A stretch of 64,000 bases of DNA from the IMG/VR virus record IMGVR_UViG_3300028840_006257, positions 62,001 to 126,000 of that record; one strand, written 5' to 3'. The translations under genes were made by a program, and so were the position numbers. Of this stretch, positions 48,001 through 55,192 are shown one piece after another (position 1 is the stretch's first letter; every line of letters starts with the position of its first letter). The notes below the pieces were generated by a model. That model searched no databases. It was not told where the DNA came from and saw only the letters and a list, made by a program, of their open reading frames with translations.

Positions 48001-50077
48001 CCTCGTGCTCGACGTGCCTCCGGCGGCCGACGAGCTGGCCGTCTACCGGGCGACGCCCATCGCCAACACGGCGTTCGTAAACGACGAGAACGCCTACGTG
48101 TACCAGGACGTCCCGCAGTACGTGGAGATGAACCTCACGCAGGTCACGTGGGACCTCGTCCACGCGAACTCGGCCGCGGGAGTCGGGGCCCTCCTTCCGG
48201 GCGACAGCCTCACGACCAGTGACGGCGTCCTGACCGTCGGCTTCGTCGCCCAGGCCGGGATCTTCCTTGAACCCTCGTGGCCGAGGCCCACGCTGGATCT
48301 CGCGGGAGCGAACGAGCGCATCGTGGACGCGGCTCACTCGGTTCCGGCCGGGGCGATAGGCTTCAGGAACGAGACCCTCTTCGGGGAGCCCGGACCCGTC
48401 GAGGCCGTGGGCTGGGAGGTCCGCCGCGTCCGGCGATTCCACGAGGAGCTTGAGGCCGTGGGCGAGCTGCTCGGACCTCTTCGGTACGTCTACGAGACGC
48501 GCTCGGGCGTCGTGACGGGTTACGGCGAGGACCAGGTGGGACCCGACCTGGTGGACTACCCCTTCGTGGTGATCGCCAGCGCGGGCACGAACCTCGGTCC
48601 CTTCAATGACGAGCTCGTCAACGTCAATCCAGGCGACACCTTCCGGCTCCTGGACGATGACGGGACCCTCCTCGACGAGGTGGAGATCGGGGGCGTCCAG
48701 AGCGGAACCCAGATCTGGCTGAAGGAGCCCGGCATCACGGCGATCTCCGCCGGGGACGTGCCGGGCAAGACCTTCGAGGTCTATCTGCGACAGGTTCCGG
48801 TACCGCACACTCAGAGCAACGAGCAGCTCCTCGGTCAGGTCACCACCACGGTCCTGCTCGACCGGAAGGCCGACGTGTCGCTCCAGGAGGGAGGCGAGGT
48901 TCCCGTTCAGGCGGAGCCCACGGATCCGCGCGTCCTGGAAGACACCGACAAGTCCATAGACTTCGCGGGCCTGGGAATAGAGGAGGGCGACATCGTCATC
49001 GTCGATCCGGCCGGGGACCTGACGGGAAAGTTCGGAGCTGTTCCGACCACGGGTCAGGAGAGGGGCGTGCGCGCGTTCGGGGACCGGAGCGTTCCGGGCC
49101 GTACGACCGCGACGACCGGCCAGGAGGCGCCCTTCGTCGCCGGGGCACCCTCCGAGCTCGACGACAACCGCGGCTGGTACCGCGTCACTCAGGTGAGCGA
49201 GGACCAGATGGTCGTGAGCTCGCAGACCGAGTTCTCGGCCGATCCTGGCGGCGGCTTCGTGACGTTCGGCGTAGATGCCGAGTACGCCGTGCTGCCGACC
49301 ATCTCGAGCTCGACGGCCGCCTTCGCGGATCCGCCGGGAGGTCCCGGCGTCGAAGGCCAGATGGACCTGAGGCCCACGGCGTTCGCGGGGACTCTCGGGT
49401 CGCCCCCCAACTCCTTCCTCGGCAATGGCTTCTCGATAGCTCCCTTCTCCTACAAGGTGATCCGGCCCAACACCCTGTTCAGCGACGAGGCCATCGACCT
49501 CGTCCTCCTCATGCGCGAACGCACGCTGAGCTTCCTCGAGGAGTTCGACGTGTTCTTCTCCGAGAGCAAGCACGGGAGCTACTTCGTGTTCCAGCGCGAC
49601 GAGCACGTTGCGGACCTCGGCAATCCCCTGATCCCTGACGAGGGGAAGGGCGTCATGAGCAACGAGCTCATCGACGGCGTGAGGGGGCTCGTCGCGATCA
49701 GTCCGTTTGCCAACACGACGGACTGCCTCTCCGTCCTCGACCGGAGGTTCTGGGTCAACGACTACCGGCTGGACTCGGAGTTTCCTCCGGGTTCGCCTCC
49801 GGCGGTCCCGAGCTACTCGACGCTCGAGACCAACGCCAACAATCCGGCGGCCGACGAGGGCGACGGACGCCCCGTGCTGCCCGACCGAATCGACGACGTG
49901 CTCGACAACAACGATCAGTTCCGCGAGCTGCGCCTCGCGTGGCTCGACTTTCGGGTGAACCGCGAGGACGGCACCCTTGAAGAGATCGAGCGTTTCGTCG
50001 CCGCGCTCCCGAAGAAGCGGCGGGAGGAGATCCAGCAGCTTCGACTGTCTCAGTCGGTGGAGGACGCCGGGACGTGA
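39056..50077 (+). CDS. Giant (3673 aa) acidic, beta-rich virion protein, probably baseplate-associated
   Basis: Uninterrupted 11-kb ORF with RBS GAAGGA; lies between the spike and wedge genes; no catalytic motif recognised. Confidence 0.8.
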   Translation: MSFDLTGFVLRAPRTAPSNFTTTDEASNGVDRDFKPLSDDYAIPAPEFVEIAADQYRAAVLLRGLDGQTEYLVWAANSANLSDSASFEVENEGSVTFPQGDTIVTDEDSEFGASGSNRAIVVDDANRTVDMLTSLVVRRGDTGEDLELVDGGDFNPVSGVFTVTDEDLLTALGGGLSAPRGDRAREVKYELAAPTFWWSRNDRYENRFLWDGRTQRWRPLRGTPPRDLGALLQDEDYVLSPAPSTITVGNYLPGNSAEPDSYSMVRIGTRPDAASVPVAEPVAASGFGGIKVVNDEEVEDYDFGAEPMLAGVVGQATGSVAWNPAFLDEYAGQTVFYSYRSFVDQAEVEPLGSLEDADLRPLFLSPIPGPTEYPFVRIGSRQALEVVFADTEALLSTTTVEEGQVGLAFSTGRLKFSDADVAKADPDDPGFDENYLSAQVFYEGVSLTQRPVPMRRPVEIVGKGGSPTVVDGKDNSLYIPDAQPTPSPGVSGILHLPDGTGTIPNTSTDAGIRAGEGSGLVRALEGPWDVLLFTESGQIRTIRTFDDDDEVPRFRFRIPRGTAYVDLRKGSGGSEIILGNQDLKRFHGEQMYFVQSGVQPSAFAREARMYSRVRDEFVLEGDEVLVFRIGGSTSTWDASADPGGIPTSAGGAFTPEDIAASLDAAAATGSVVAVGGRLVLQTDTTSNQAHYGEIEIGFGPGGEKNLSGPAALGLLPGWKIRIAGPSEVDPPPDLTWLPDNGTVLGVFRSPFNLNGTRDDISDVRHLGRFDDAVMLGSIPESPIVLLDRAPLEDVAGYDDGIFFRIEDGLVSRDLDNFEEIYHEFGIDRFSWVHDDTQNSTLEQPANSLFVGQTNVIPDSFRLPGKGLRVSDGGQPLEDQTLDEDFLMLDGGAPGVAALIDTVGALVQLGGAGTFSSGTTTFTDDSPDVDFVVLGVKAGYQLKVTQGNAEGTYVVAQDATQTNTLEVEQRFPADGGPVPWELYDGVTREEFDLGLVADAQYVPFSSLPDETFRVRVLSPLGDVPVDQDAQYAQRLVAVLGDALASGRTISVRFGREPQNQEASMVALGQENLGEIANSALTVPDPGSERFANDNFSIRVGTKTYSFAAGDLIKVSGALTYPLVGDVIEVQEGSGLLNFGTEVFTQFDGQDAVYVEEFLTPNSSPQELPPSKVEYRASDGELNFSAVDMQNYGGVEAYLVEQLVATNGTDVTLNPIQGSLLLTKALREFQIVEVHYFQAETGTGSLRLESVDPDDPSQGTQPVEITEQLPLFVRLEEATPEEPNATDRWKFNPTERTVDEDVEPALYVGSTLYNVGSSPTATFDLPNSVAILENAVADTSEVLVTYAVFEAFGGEQSYTVSTPPVYRPPFRIEAGRTRFTLETDRTEDLFVGQLLRVGEFPFYVTAVSYDSGTNQTTVDFTPQTDVEVGSRDPASDSLSLVSDVPLATDLAPEAPDGFWAEVVVPYEPVNRGFNQIIFHADLTAVAVTGHLLELGGLPFIVAAASLSGDGSRTAVDLTSFFPRGFAFGQDAAKISVRPVYQPQPTSFIGRGAVLPDAPFELILFGERDGAGNLLPGKTLRPSIDYELNTDDGAVEFLDPPKGPLLPTQSLYLRHTRQRSVAPIVSGDILLNPRFVAKFVYVSTPSEEDNRLGKILRATYSFANPDTFFYRTLPLLDYLGEVSDEVAQDIAAQLPSFGPAPAVIPPTENADQGRLGLKSQLRDLQDTDRAARVFLQFYNEAIVGFEQVQETISGNIVGDRDGKFRFHVGRGSDVPPPGYEDAITGELNERNLFSEVFFGYNPKVTFLVRDPLVDPTNFVLAGDQLEGAFIDPDFLGDLQGLQRGFSTNDVDDVVLVSRTRKRLRIRPLRLEAFGRYKRLGEPSRYSRIFPERAELFTLTDPGIQADLEADPVDPGVYAFRKKVRRLSIKGDGGRLKIQLPKRASTFLKPIADIGNPVLGQVENVGSVSARVRLPRARIFAYSRTGFPELDHLMVGFPTFASQPRPAVIATPLPLHEFPLGEDGLPDVAQFVANGGDVIDLTTGDPDLFTPPFAETDAASNFRPKITFGRPDGRIIDVQTSEVVTFEFPPSGGTLTPVAYTVAKSVFVGEVILGCIITFAEETHDAGDTATLITSDENLLEVSEDPAAAAGPIDLSRGDTVFVTPSDAEVVPAANIDDPSTNSEKQAQLEGLTSYRIGFDLGVDRPDGEFRDITFSSFSDPSFFGIKEILGQSPPKPLSYLEGHVTFRSGRTEPAPIPALVGGFTNDSGDYTLPYLYAQNTEIDQLGIVQGLFTDVLADTAIPSAAFPDEVQGTDGEIVGVLTGSLLPAALNTSLDATPVTTAGGYTPLSGVGDVVPFDVLLIETGQTAKGLPAGSQGILSVGYVRGSASESLVEPPRFVSPTAPPAAAADRIRYKFRSAMGFVNQAVLEQPPGVVARIVGTVTQFDITAISTGILVFNDGSPGLLSGGLNDIFSPPFVGAHNNVVTINLWTAASNANPVPVFLQSVVIDFGAGTVTGNLGASVINSVTADDNVIYVDTVAPFLSIGFAGPPELPADPTTPGDSLPLWFTVDIDLTVGGGVGTGASTTGFISSDRLTLDESFDLRAVLPRDEPAVAGVPVFSELDVAFVRSESVQDCTVNAMAEVNGGTPFTFVARSDFAPKVGTFDPAPAGSGRGTVRVMGFEGHGNTPITTTGDVVFSAIPSSAYATGSAVKIAEGTGVGGVGTDRDFRISSDGVTSLAATTGALGDIRPADVLSISSSASGFASTKAGTYLVKHVIEPNASATQTRELMMRTTTLPYNTGRGWAAVDFPTLVSADLSVANEVVLSRTLLESDGTTSAFDPTGGTLYFVVRPDPDDPDYGTRNLKVDYTSVNTASNLFQVDRTTATDFAGSALPLQTFVDAIEALPDTTIVTGFYRFDVLMDRVGLKFAGPPYVLPLLEVPENLPRNVVGFDSGITTAAGFSHVFVRGQGMGSGGFGVSYGGGDLVLDVPPAADELAVYRATPIANTAFVNDENAYVYQDVPQYVEMNLTQVTWDLVHANSAAGVGALLPGDSLTTSDGVLTVGFVAQAGIFLEPSWPRPTLDLAGANERIVDAAHSVPAGAIGFRNETLFGEPGPVEAVGWEVRRVRRFHEELEAVGELLGPLRYVYETRSGVVTGYGEDQVGPDLVDYPFVVIASAGTNLGPFNDELVNVNPGDTFRLLDDDGTLLDEVEIGGVQSGTQIWLKEPGITAISAGDVPGKTFEVYLRQVPVPHTQSNEQLLGQVTTTVLLDRKADVSLQEGGEVPVQAEPTDPRVLEDTDKSIDFAGLGIEEGDIVIVDPAGDLTGKFGAVPTTGQERGVRAFGDRSVPGRTTATTGQEAPFVAGAPSELDDNRGWYRVTQVSEDQMVVSSQTEFSADPGGGFVTFGVDAEYAVLPTISSSTAAFADPPGGPGVEGQMDLRPTAFAGTLGSPPNSFLGNGFSIAPFSYKVIRPNTLFSDEAIDLVLLMRERTLSFLEEFDVFFSESKHGSYFVFQRDEHVADLGNPLIPDEGKGVMSNELIDGVRGLVAISPFANTTDCLSVLDRRFWVNDYRLDSEFPPGSPPAVPSYSTLETNANNPAADEGDGRPVLPDRIDDVLDNNDQFRELRLAWLDFRVNREDGTLEEIERFVAALPKKRREEIQQLRLSQSVEDAGT

Positions 50078-50361
50078 CGCGCGCCAAGTACGAGAGTCCG
50101 TTCGACTTCAACGTCGGCGAGATGTCCGTGGAGGAGGTGAAGGAGCGTCTCCGCGCGGAGGGGTTCCCGGTGGACTCCTGGGTGAGCAACGAGGGCCGGG
50201 TCAGGGAGGGAGACAAGGCCCGGCTCCCCACGTTCACCAAGTGCGCGGAGATGCTCATGCGGATCCGAGACCTCCTCGAGCAGCAGAAGAAGCACGATCT
50301 GCGCGAGATCGACGACCTGAGCTACCAGCTGCGGCGCCTGCAGCGGGGAGGGGGTCAGTAA
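50074..50361 (+). CDS. Small coiled-coil hypothetical protein
   Basis: GTGA overlap with the giant gene's stop; 95 aa. Confidence 0.65.
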   Translation: MTRAKYESPFDFNVGEMSVEEVKERLRAEGFPVDSWVSNEGRVREGDKARLPTFTKCAEMLMRIRDLLEQQKKHDLREIDDLSYQLRRLQRGGGQ

Positions 50362-53028
50362 GTGGCGAATCCCGAACAGGGACCCGAGGAGCAGGGAGTC
50401 CTCGGAACATGGCAGAGCGTCTCGCTGGAGGTACCGGACTTCCTTGAACCCGTCCGCGAGGCGATCGACGCGTTCTTCTCGTTCCTCATTCAGATCCTCA
50501 ACATCCTGATCGCCGTCCTCGAGCTCCTCAAGGTCTTCGCCACGGGGTTACTCGACCCCCTCATCGCGATCATCGAGGCGATCCGAGACCTGATAGAGGC
50601 GCTCCTCAATGACCTGCGGCAGCTCGGCATCTACATTCACGGAGACTTCTACCTGATCGAGGGCCCCGACTTCGCCGCGCTCAAGGGCGGCTACCTCGGC
50701 TACGAGGGCCGGATGACGGCACGCTTGACGGACACGTCGGACCCGAACCGGCCGGACATCAGCCAGTTCTCCACGTGCCTGGCCGTGTTCCTCTACGTGA
50801 GCGCGGACATCCGAGGAATCAACCGGATCATCCAGCTGATCAAGGCGATCCTTGGCCTCTTCAGGCGCAAGTTCCCGGGACGCCTGCACAACCAGGTCAC
50901 GAACATCCGAGCGACGTACGGCTATGACGGGGCCACTATCTTCTCGTTCAACAAGGGCTTCTTCCGCGGCTTCCAGCTCAACAAGGAGAACATCGAGGAC
51001 AACTTTACGGAACCCTACAACGCCGTGAACCTGACCTGGGAGATGGCCCCGATCCCAGGACAGGACATCCCGAGCAACCCGATCATGGCGCCCGCCGGAT
51101 TCCTTGTGGAGTTCTCGACGCTCGAGCAGCCGCTCAAGGTGGTCTGCGAGCGCGTCATCGAGGGCTCGGCCCAGGACATGCAGCTCCAGAACCAGCCCGC
51201 GAAGACGGAGGTTGTGGAGTGCCTGGACGAGGACGGGAACGTCATCCTCGTGCGCGGCGGGGCCGAGTCGCTGAGGATCGAGGGGACCGTCGACTGGAAC
51301 GACGCGGTGAACTTTAAGGGAGAGTTCAAGCCTGACGCCGTGCGTGCCTACGCCATCAAGAACCTGTCCGACAACTCGCCGGTTCAGCTCTCGGATCTGC
51401 AGGACGGAGACCGCCACTACCTCCAGAGGACGTTCTTCGTTCCCTTCGCGCAGAACGTGTTTTTCCCCGGCAAGGGATACGGTGCGACCTTCGAGTTCAA
51501 GGACATGCCGTACGCGGCGGAGTGGGAACTGAACACGGGCCTCTTCAGCGTCGACCGGGGCAAACTCGAGCGGATCAACGACGACCGCCAACCCGAGCGC
51601 TACTTCGTCCGCATACGAGCCGTCAGCCGCGCGATCAAGGACGCCGACGACTACCAATTCCTCGTGGACCAGACGAGCCTCCGCGACCGGGACGGTCCGG
51701 TCCTGCCGCTCGTCAAGTCCGACGAGGTCGACCTGAACGACGCCGGACCTCCATCGTTCGTGGTGCCTATCCTGTTTCCCGACGCGAGCACGCAGCTCTA
51801 CCTGCGGGCCGTGGCCGAGGCCCTCGCGATCATGGTCCTGAGCCGGTCGGACATCCCGGTCCTCTTGGGGAAGGAGGGTCCCGTGGACTTCCCGATGGCG
51901 GCCGGTCAGGTACTCGCGAACGGTCTCCGGGAGCCGTTCTGGGAGGCGTTCCAAGATCACGCGCGGCTCGCCACGGGACTTGAGGAGGTCGCTCAGTTCC
52001 TCATGGTGAAGGTCATCGGGCGACGGCACATCAAGAAGTACTTTGCTGACGCCGACGCCTCGGTCGCGAAGTTCCGTCGCAAGCTGTTCATCAGCTGCAT
52101 CAACTTGACCAATCGAATGCTCACGCAGAACCTCCCGCCCCTTCCCGCGCGCCAGCTCGTGGTGGAGAAGGCGGAGGACCTGCTGAACTTCCAGATCCTC
52201 CGGTCCCTGACCGACACGATCATCTCGACGGTGGATCCGAACTTTCCGGGCGACCTTCAGGGCGGCTCGGTGCTCGAGCTTCTCCAGAGCGACGACACGC
52301 TCTTCGGCGTGTCTCCGAACCCCCTGTCGCTGGCGATAGCGGACGGCCGCGCGGCCGACGGGGTCCTGGTCTCCACGAGCGACCGCACTGTGCTGCCCCG
52401 AGAGCCCCACTTCTTCTTCGCGCAGCAGGGGAACACCACCCGAGGGCGAGGCTCCCTGGACATGGCGCCCGTCGTCTACAGCCGCGACGGCTCGAGGCTT
52501 CGGGACATCGAGTTCTTCCGCAACCTGGTCCCCGACAGCGTGTACGAGGGGGCACAGTTCGCCCTTCAGGTCGCCGCGGGTCCCCAGGTGCGGCCGAAGG
52601 AGCGCGGCTGGATCGCTTTCCGCGTTTTCCCGCAGGGCATCCCGTCCATCGACAGGTTCTTCGACCAGATCCTCGCCCTGCTTCGGGCGGTGCAGGCGGC
52701 CATCGAGAGCATCGCCGAGACGATCCGCCGCTACATCGAGTTCCTCCAGTCTCGTCTCCGCGAGCTACAGTCGTTCCTGAATCGCCTGAACGCCCTGATC
52801 CAGCGGCTGCTTCGTTTCTTCTTCTCCATCACGCCCGCCGCCGGGCTCATCGTGGCGGCGCCTGGTACCGACGGCGTCACGACGGCCTTCCTCTCGGCGG
52901 AGAACAAGCCGCTTGAACCCGCCAACCCGCAGGCGGACTCCTACGCGGGTGGCGTCGTGTTGTTCGCTGGTGGGATCCCCAACCTCGCCCTCGACGTGTT
53001 CCGGGCGCTCTTCAGGGGGGACACCTGA
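50362..53028 (+). CDS. Baseplate-region protein with long amphipathic helices at both termini
   Basis: 888 aa; AIDAFFSFLIQILNILIAVLELLKVF at the N-terminus, LQSFLNRLNALIQRLLRFFFSI near the C-terminus. Confidence 0.7.
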   Translation: MANPEQGPEEQGVLGTWQSVSLEVPDFLEPVREAIDAFFSFLIQILNILIAVLELLKVFATGLLDPLIAIIEAIRDLIEALLNDLRQLGIYIHGDFYLIEGPDFAALKGGYLGYEGRMTARLTDTSDPNRPDISQFSTCLAVFLYVSADIRGINRIIQLIKAILGLFRRKFPGRLHNQVTNIRATYGYDGATIFSFNKGFFRGFQLNKENIEDNFTEPYNAVNLTWEMAPIPGQDIPSNPIMAPAGFLVEFSTLEQPLKVVCERVIEGSAQDMQLQNQPAKTEVVECLDEDGNVILVRGGAESLRIEGTVDWNDAVNFKGEFKPDAVRAYAIKNLSDNSPVQLSDLQDGDRHYLQRTFFVPFAQNVFFPGKGYGATFEFKDMPYAAEWELNTGLFSVDRGKLERINDDRQPERYFVRIRAVSRAIKDADDYQFLVDQTSLRDRDGPVLPLVKSDEVDLNDAGPPSFVVPILFPDASTQLYLRAVAEALAIMVLSRSDIPVLLGKEGPVDFPMAAGQVLANGLREPFWEAFQDHARLATGLEEVAQFLMVKVIGRRHIKKYFADADASVAKFRRKLFISCINLTNRMLTQNLPPLPARQLVVEKAEDLLNFQILRSLTDTIISTVDPNFPGDLQGGSVLELLQSDDTLFGVSPNPLSLAIADGRAADGVLVSTSDRTVLPREPHFFFAQQGNTTRGRGSLDMAPVVYSRDGSRLRDIEFFRNLVPDSVYEGAQFALQVAAGPQVRPKERGWIAFRVFPQGIPSIDRFFDQILALLRAVQAAIESIAETIRRYIEFLQSRLRELQSFLNRLNALIQRLLRFFFSITPAAGLIVAAPGTDGVTTAFLSAENKPLEPANPQADSYAGGVVLFAGGIPNLALDVFRALFRGDT

Positions 53029-53981
53029 TGCCCTTCAACTTTCTCGGGACGATGAGAGAGACCCAGTGGCGGTTCTTCCGCAACTGGGTGCTGAACGAGC
53101 GCCGCAGCGTCTCTCCGCGCCTCAAGGTGATTAACGCCGAGCTTCGTCGCATCGGACGCATCACTGTCTTCTACCGACGCAGGACGGAGACGGTAAACAC
53201 GCCCGACGGCGCCGTGCGGGAGCTCGAGACGGTGACGGAGGAGCGCGAAGCCTTCTTCGTCTCGCCTGGGTCATCTCTCGAGAAGCTCGTTCAGGCCTAC
53301 GTCGCGGCCGGGGGCAATCCCATGTCCATCTCCCTGTGGTTGCAGCCCGACCAGGTTCAGTTCACGACGGAGAACGATCCCACGGCCGACGCGAAGGACG
53401 ACCCGAACGAGAAGACGACGGAGAAGGGGTTTCAGAGCACGCCCTTCGACCAGCCGTACGGCGGGGTCGTGGCCCCTCGAAGCGCGGACTCGTACGGGCC
53501 GGGCGGACGCTACGTGGGAGGACTGCCGACCTTCATCCGAGACGTGCCCACGCAGATGGGACGCGATGCTGCCCAGGCGGACGAGACGGCGAAGATTGCG
53601 ATCAGGGTCGACCACGCTCGCAGGTGGGTGAGGCAGGAGATCGCCACGATCCAGGCCCTCGAGGCCCGGATCATGAAGTTGATGGATCTGCGCGAGCAGC
53701 TTATGGACGAGCGAGAGATGGTCATCCAGCAGGCCGTCGGCGGCTCCGTCGAAGACTTCCCGTTCGCTCCCGACCCCGACAGGTTCGCCCGAAACCTGCA
53801 CCTGACGAAGATTCAGGAAATCGACAGCGCTTTTTACAAAAGAAACGAGGACGGGAGCCTCGACTTCAACACCATCAACGTCGGTGACACGTCGGATCCG
53901 CACAACGTCGTCGTGGCGGGCATCTCCGGGGAGCCGGGCCTCCTTCGGAATCCCAGGGGGGCCGATCCCTTCGCGGAGTGA
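53028..53981 (+). CDS. Hypothetical baseplate-region protein
   Basis: 317 aa, TGATG stop-start overlap. Confidence 0.7.
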   Translation: MPFNFLGTMRETQWRFFRNWVLNERRSVSPRLKVINAELRRIGRITVFYRRRTETVNTPDGAVRELETVTEEREAFFVSPGSSLEKLVQAYVAAGGNPMSISLWLQPDQVQFTTENDPTADAKDDPNEKTTEKGFQSTPFDQPYGGVVAPRSADSYGPGGRYVGGLPTFIRDVPTQMGRDAAQADETAKIAIRVDHARRWVRQEIATIQALEARIMKLMDLREQLMDEREMVIQQAVGGSVEDFPFAPDPDRFARNLHLTKIQEIDSAFYKRNEDGSLDFNTINVGDTSDPHNVVVAGISGEPGLLRNPRGADPFAE

Positions 53982-53986
53982 TTCGC

Positions 53987-54007
53987 CTATAGAAGACCCC
54001 GAGGTAG
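53987..54007 (+). promoter_or_regulatory. Dyad motif CTAT-N13-GTAG, copy 4
   Basis: CCTAT AGAAGACCCCGAG GTAG between stop 53981 and ATG 54011. Confidence 0.55.
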
Positions 54008-54010
54008 ACC

Positions 54011-55183
54011 ATGAGTTTCGACTTCCAGCTCGCGCACGCGTGTCCTCACCTCACGATAGAGGAGGAGGTGCTCCTGGGCGACGACCGCCGCGAGCTCAGG
54101 ACCCGGCAACCCGTGGCCTCGGCCAACCACATCCGCATCACCGCCAACGATCAGGTGTCGATCCCGCGCCAGGGTCTCCTCTCGAACGCGTCGCTCACGG
54201 GTTCGAGCAGCGGTCCCTTCAAGGTCGTCAAGAACGAGAACGAGGTCACCCTCTCCAACCGGACCCAGTCGGTCGCGGACGTTGTGCTCCCCACCGGGAC
54301 GCGGGTGCCCACGGATCGTATCGTCGAGGTGCTCAACTCGGCCGTCCGCAACGCCGACGTCCAGATCCGCGTGGTCAACAGGAACGGCTCCCTCGTCCTC
54401 ACGGATTCTTCCGACCAGGGCAACTCGTCCCAGATTCGGGTCGAGGGCCCGGCCGCGGCCTTTCTGGGGTTCGTGAACCAGACGCGCGCCCGGGGGCGAA
54501 AGGTCTATCCGGCCTGGGACTTCGCGGAGCGCGAGCTCGTCGAGACCGGACGGTACCTCAACGTGAGGAGGGTGCCCACGCGCTTCCCGAAGTTTCGCGA
54601 GCCGGTCAGGGGCAACCCGGTGTTCAAGGTCTCCTACACGACCTATCAACAGCACTGCCGGCGTTGTCTCGGATACGGCATCGAGAACGACTACCGAGTC
54701 GGGGCGAACGGCGAACCCTCGACCATCGAGAACGAGGACCTCCTGAACCAGGACTGCCTCAAGGTCCTCAGCACGGTCAAGAACTCCAACCCGTTCCATC
54801 CGGAGTATGGCACGCAGCTCCTGAACCGAATAGGCACCAAGGCGCTCGGCACAGGCGTGGCGACCATCAACGAGGACGTCATCACGGCCCTGACCGTGTT
54901 CCAGCGCACGCAGGACTTCGCGGGCCGCTGGCAGGAGATCACGGCGCGGCAGAGGCTGGCCTCGGTCATCTCGATAGACACGACCCCGTCGCCGTTCGAT
55001 CCGACGATCTTCGAGGTCGTCATCGTGGCCGCGAACGCGGCCAACGTCCCGGTGGTGATCTCGACGGTGTACGCGGCCCCGGGCACGGCCGCCCTGGCAG
55101 GCTCGAACGGGCTGTCGCTCGGACTCGAGGGATTCGGACTGGATCCGCGCACGCGGGCGCTTCCAGGGATGGCGCCCAGCTAG
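54011..55183 (+). CDS. gp25-like baseplate wedge/sheath initiator with N-terminal extension and CxxCxGxG motif
   Basis: C-terminal LLNQDCLKVLSTVKNSNPFHPEYGTQL...IFEVVIV is the GPW/gp25 pattern; CRRCLGYG precedes it. Confidence 0.75.
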   Translation: MSFDFQLAHACPHLTIEEEVLLGDDRRELRTRQPVASANHIRITANDQVSIPRQGLLSNASLTGSSSGPFKVVKNENEVTLSNRTQSVADVVLPTGTRVPTDRIVEVLNSAVRNADVQIRVVNRNGSLVLTDSSDQGNSSQIRVEGPAAAFLGFVNQTRARGRKVYPAWDFAERELVETGRYLNVRRVPTRFPKFREPVRGNPVFKVSYTTYQQHCRRCLGYGIENDYRVGANGEPSTIENEDLLNQDCLKVLSTVKNSNPFHPEYGTQLLNRIGTKALGTGVATINEDVITALTVFQRTQDFAGRWQEITARQRLASVISIDTTPSPFDPTIFEVVIVAANAANVPVVISTVYAAPGTAALAGSNGLSLGLEGFGLDPRTRALPGMAPS

Positions 55184-55192
55184 GAGTCAACG

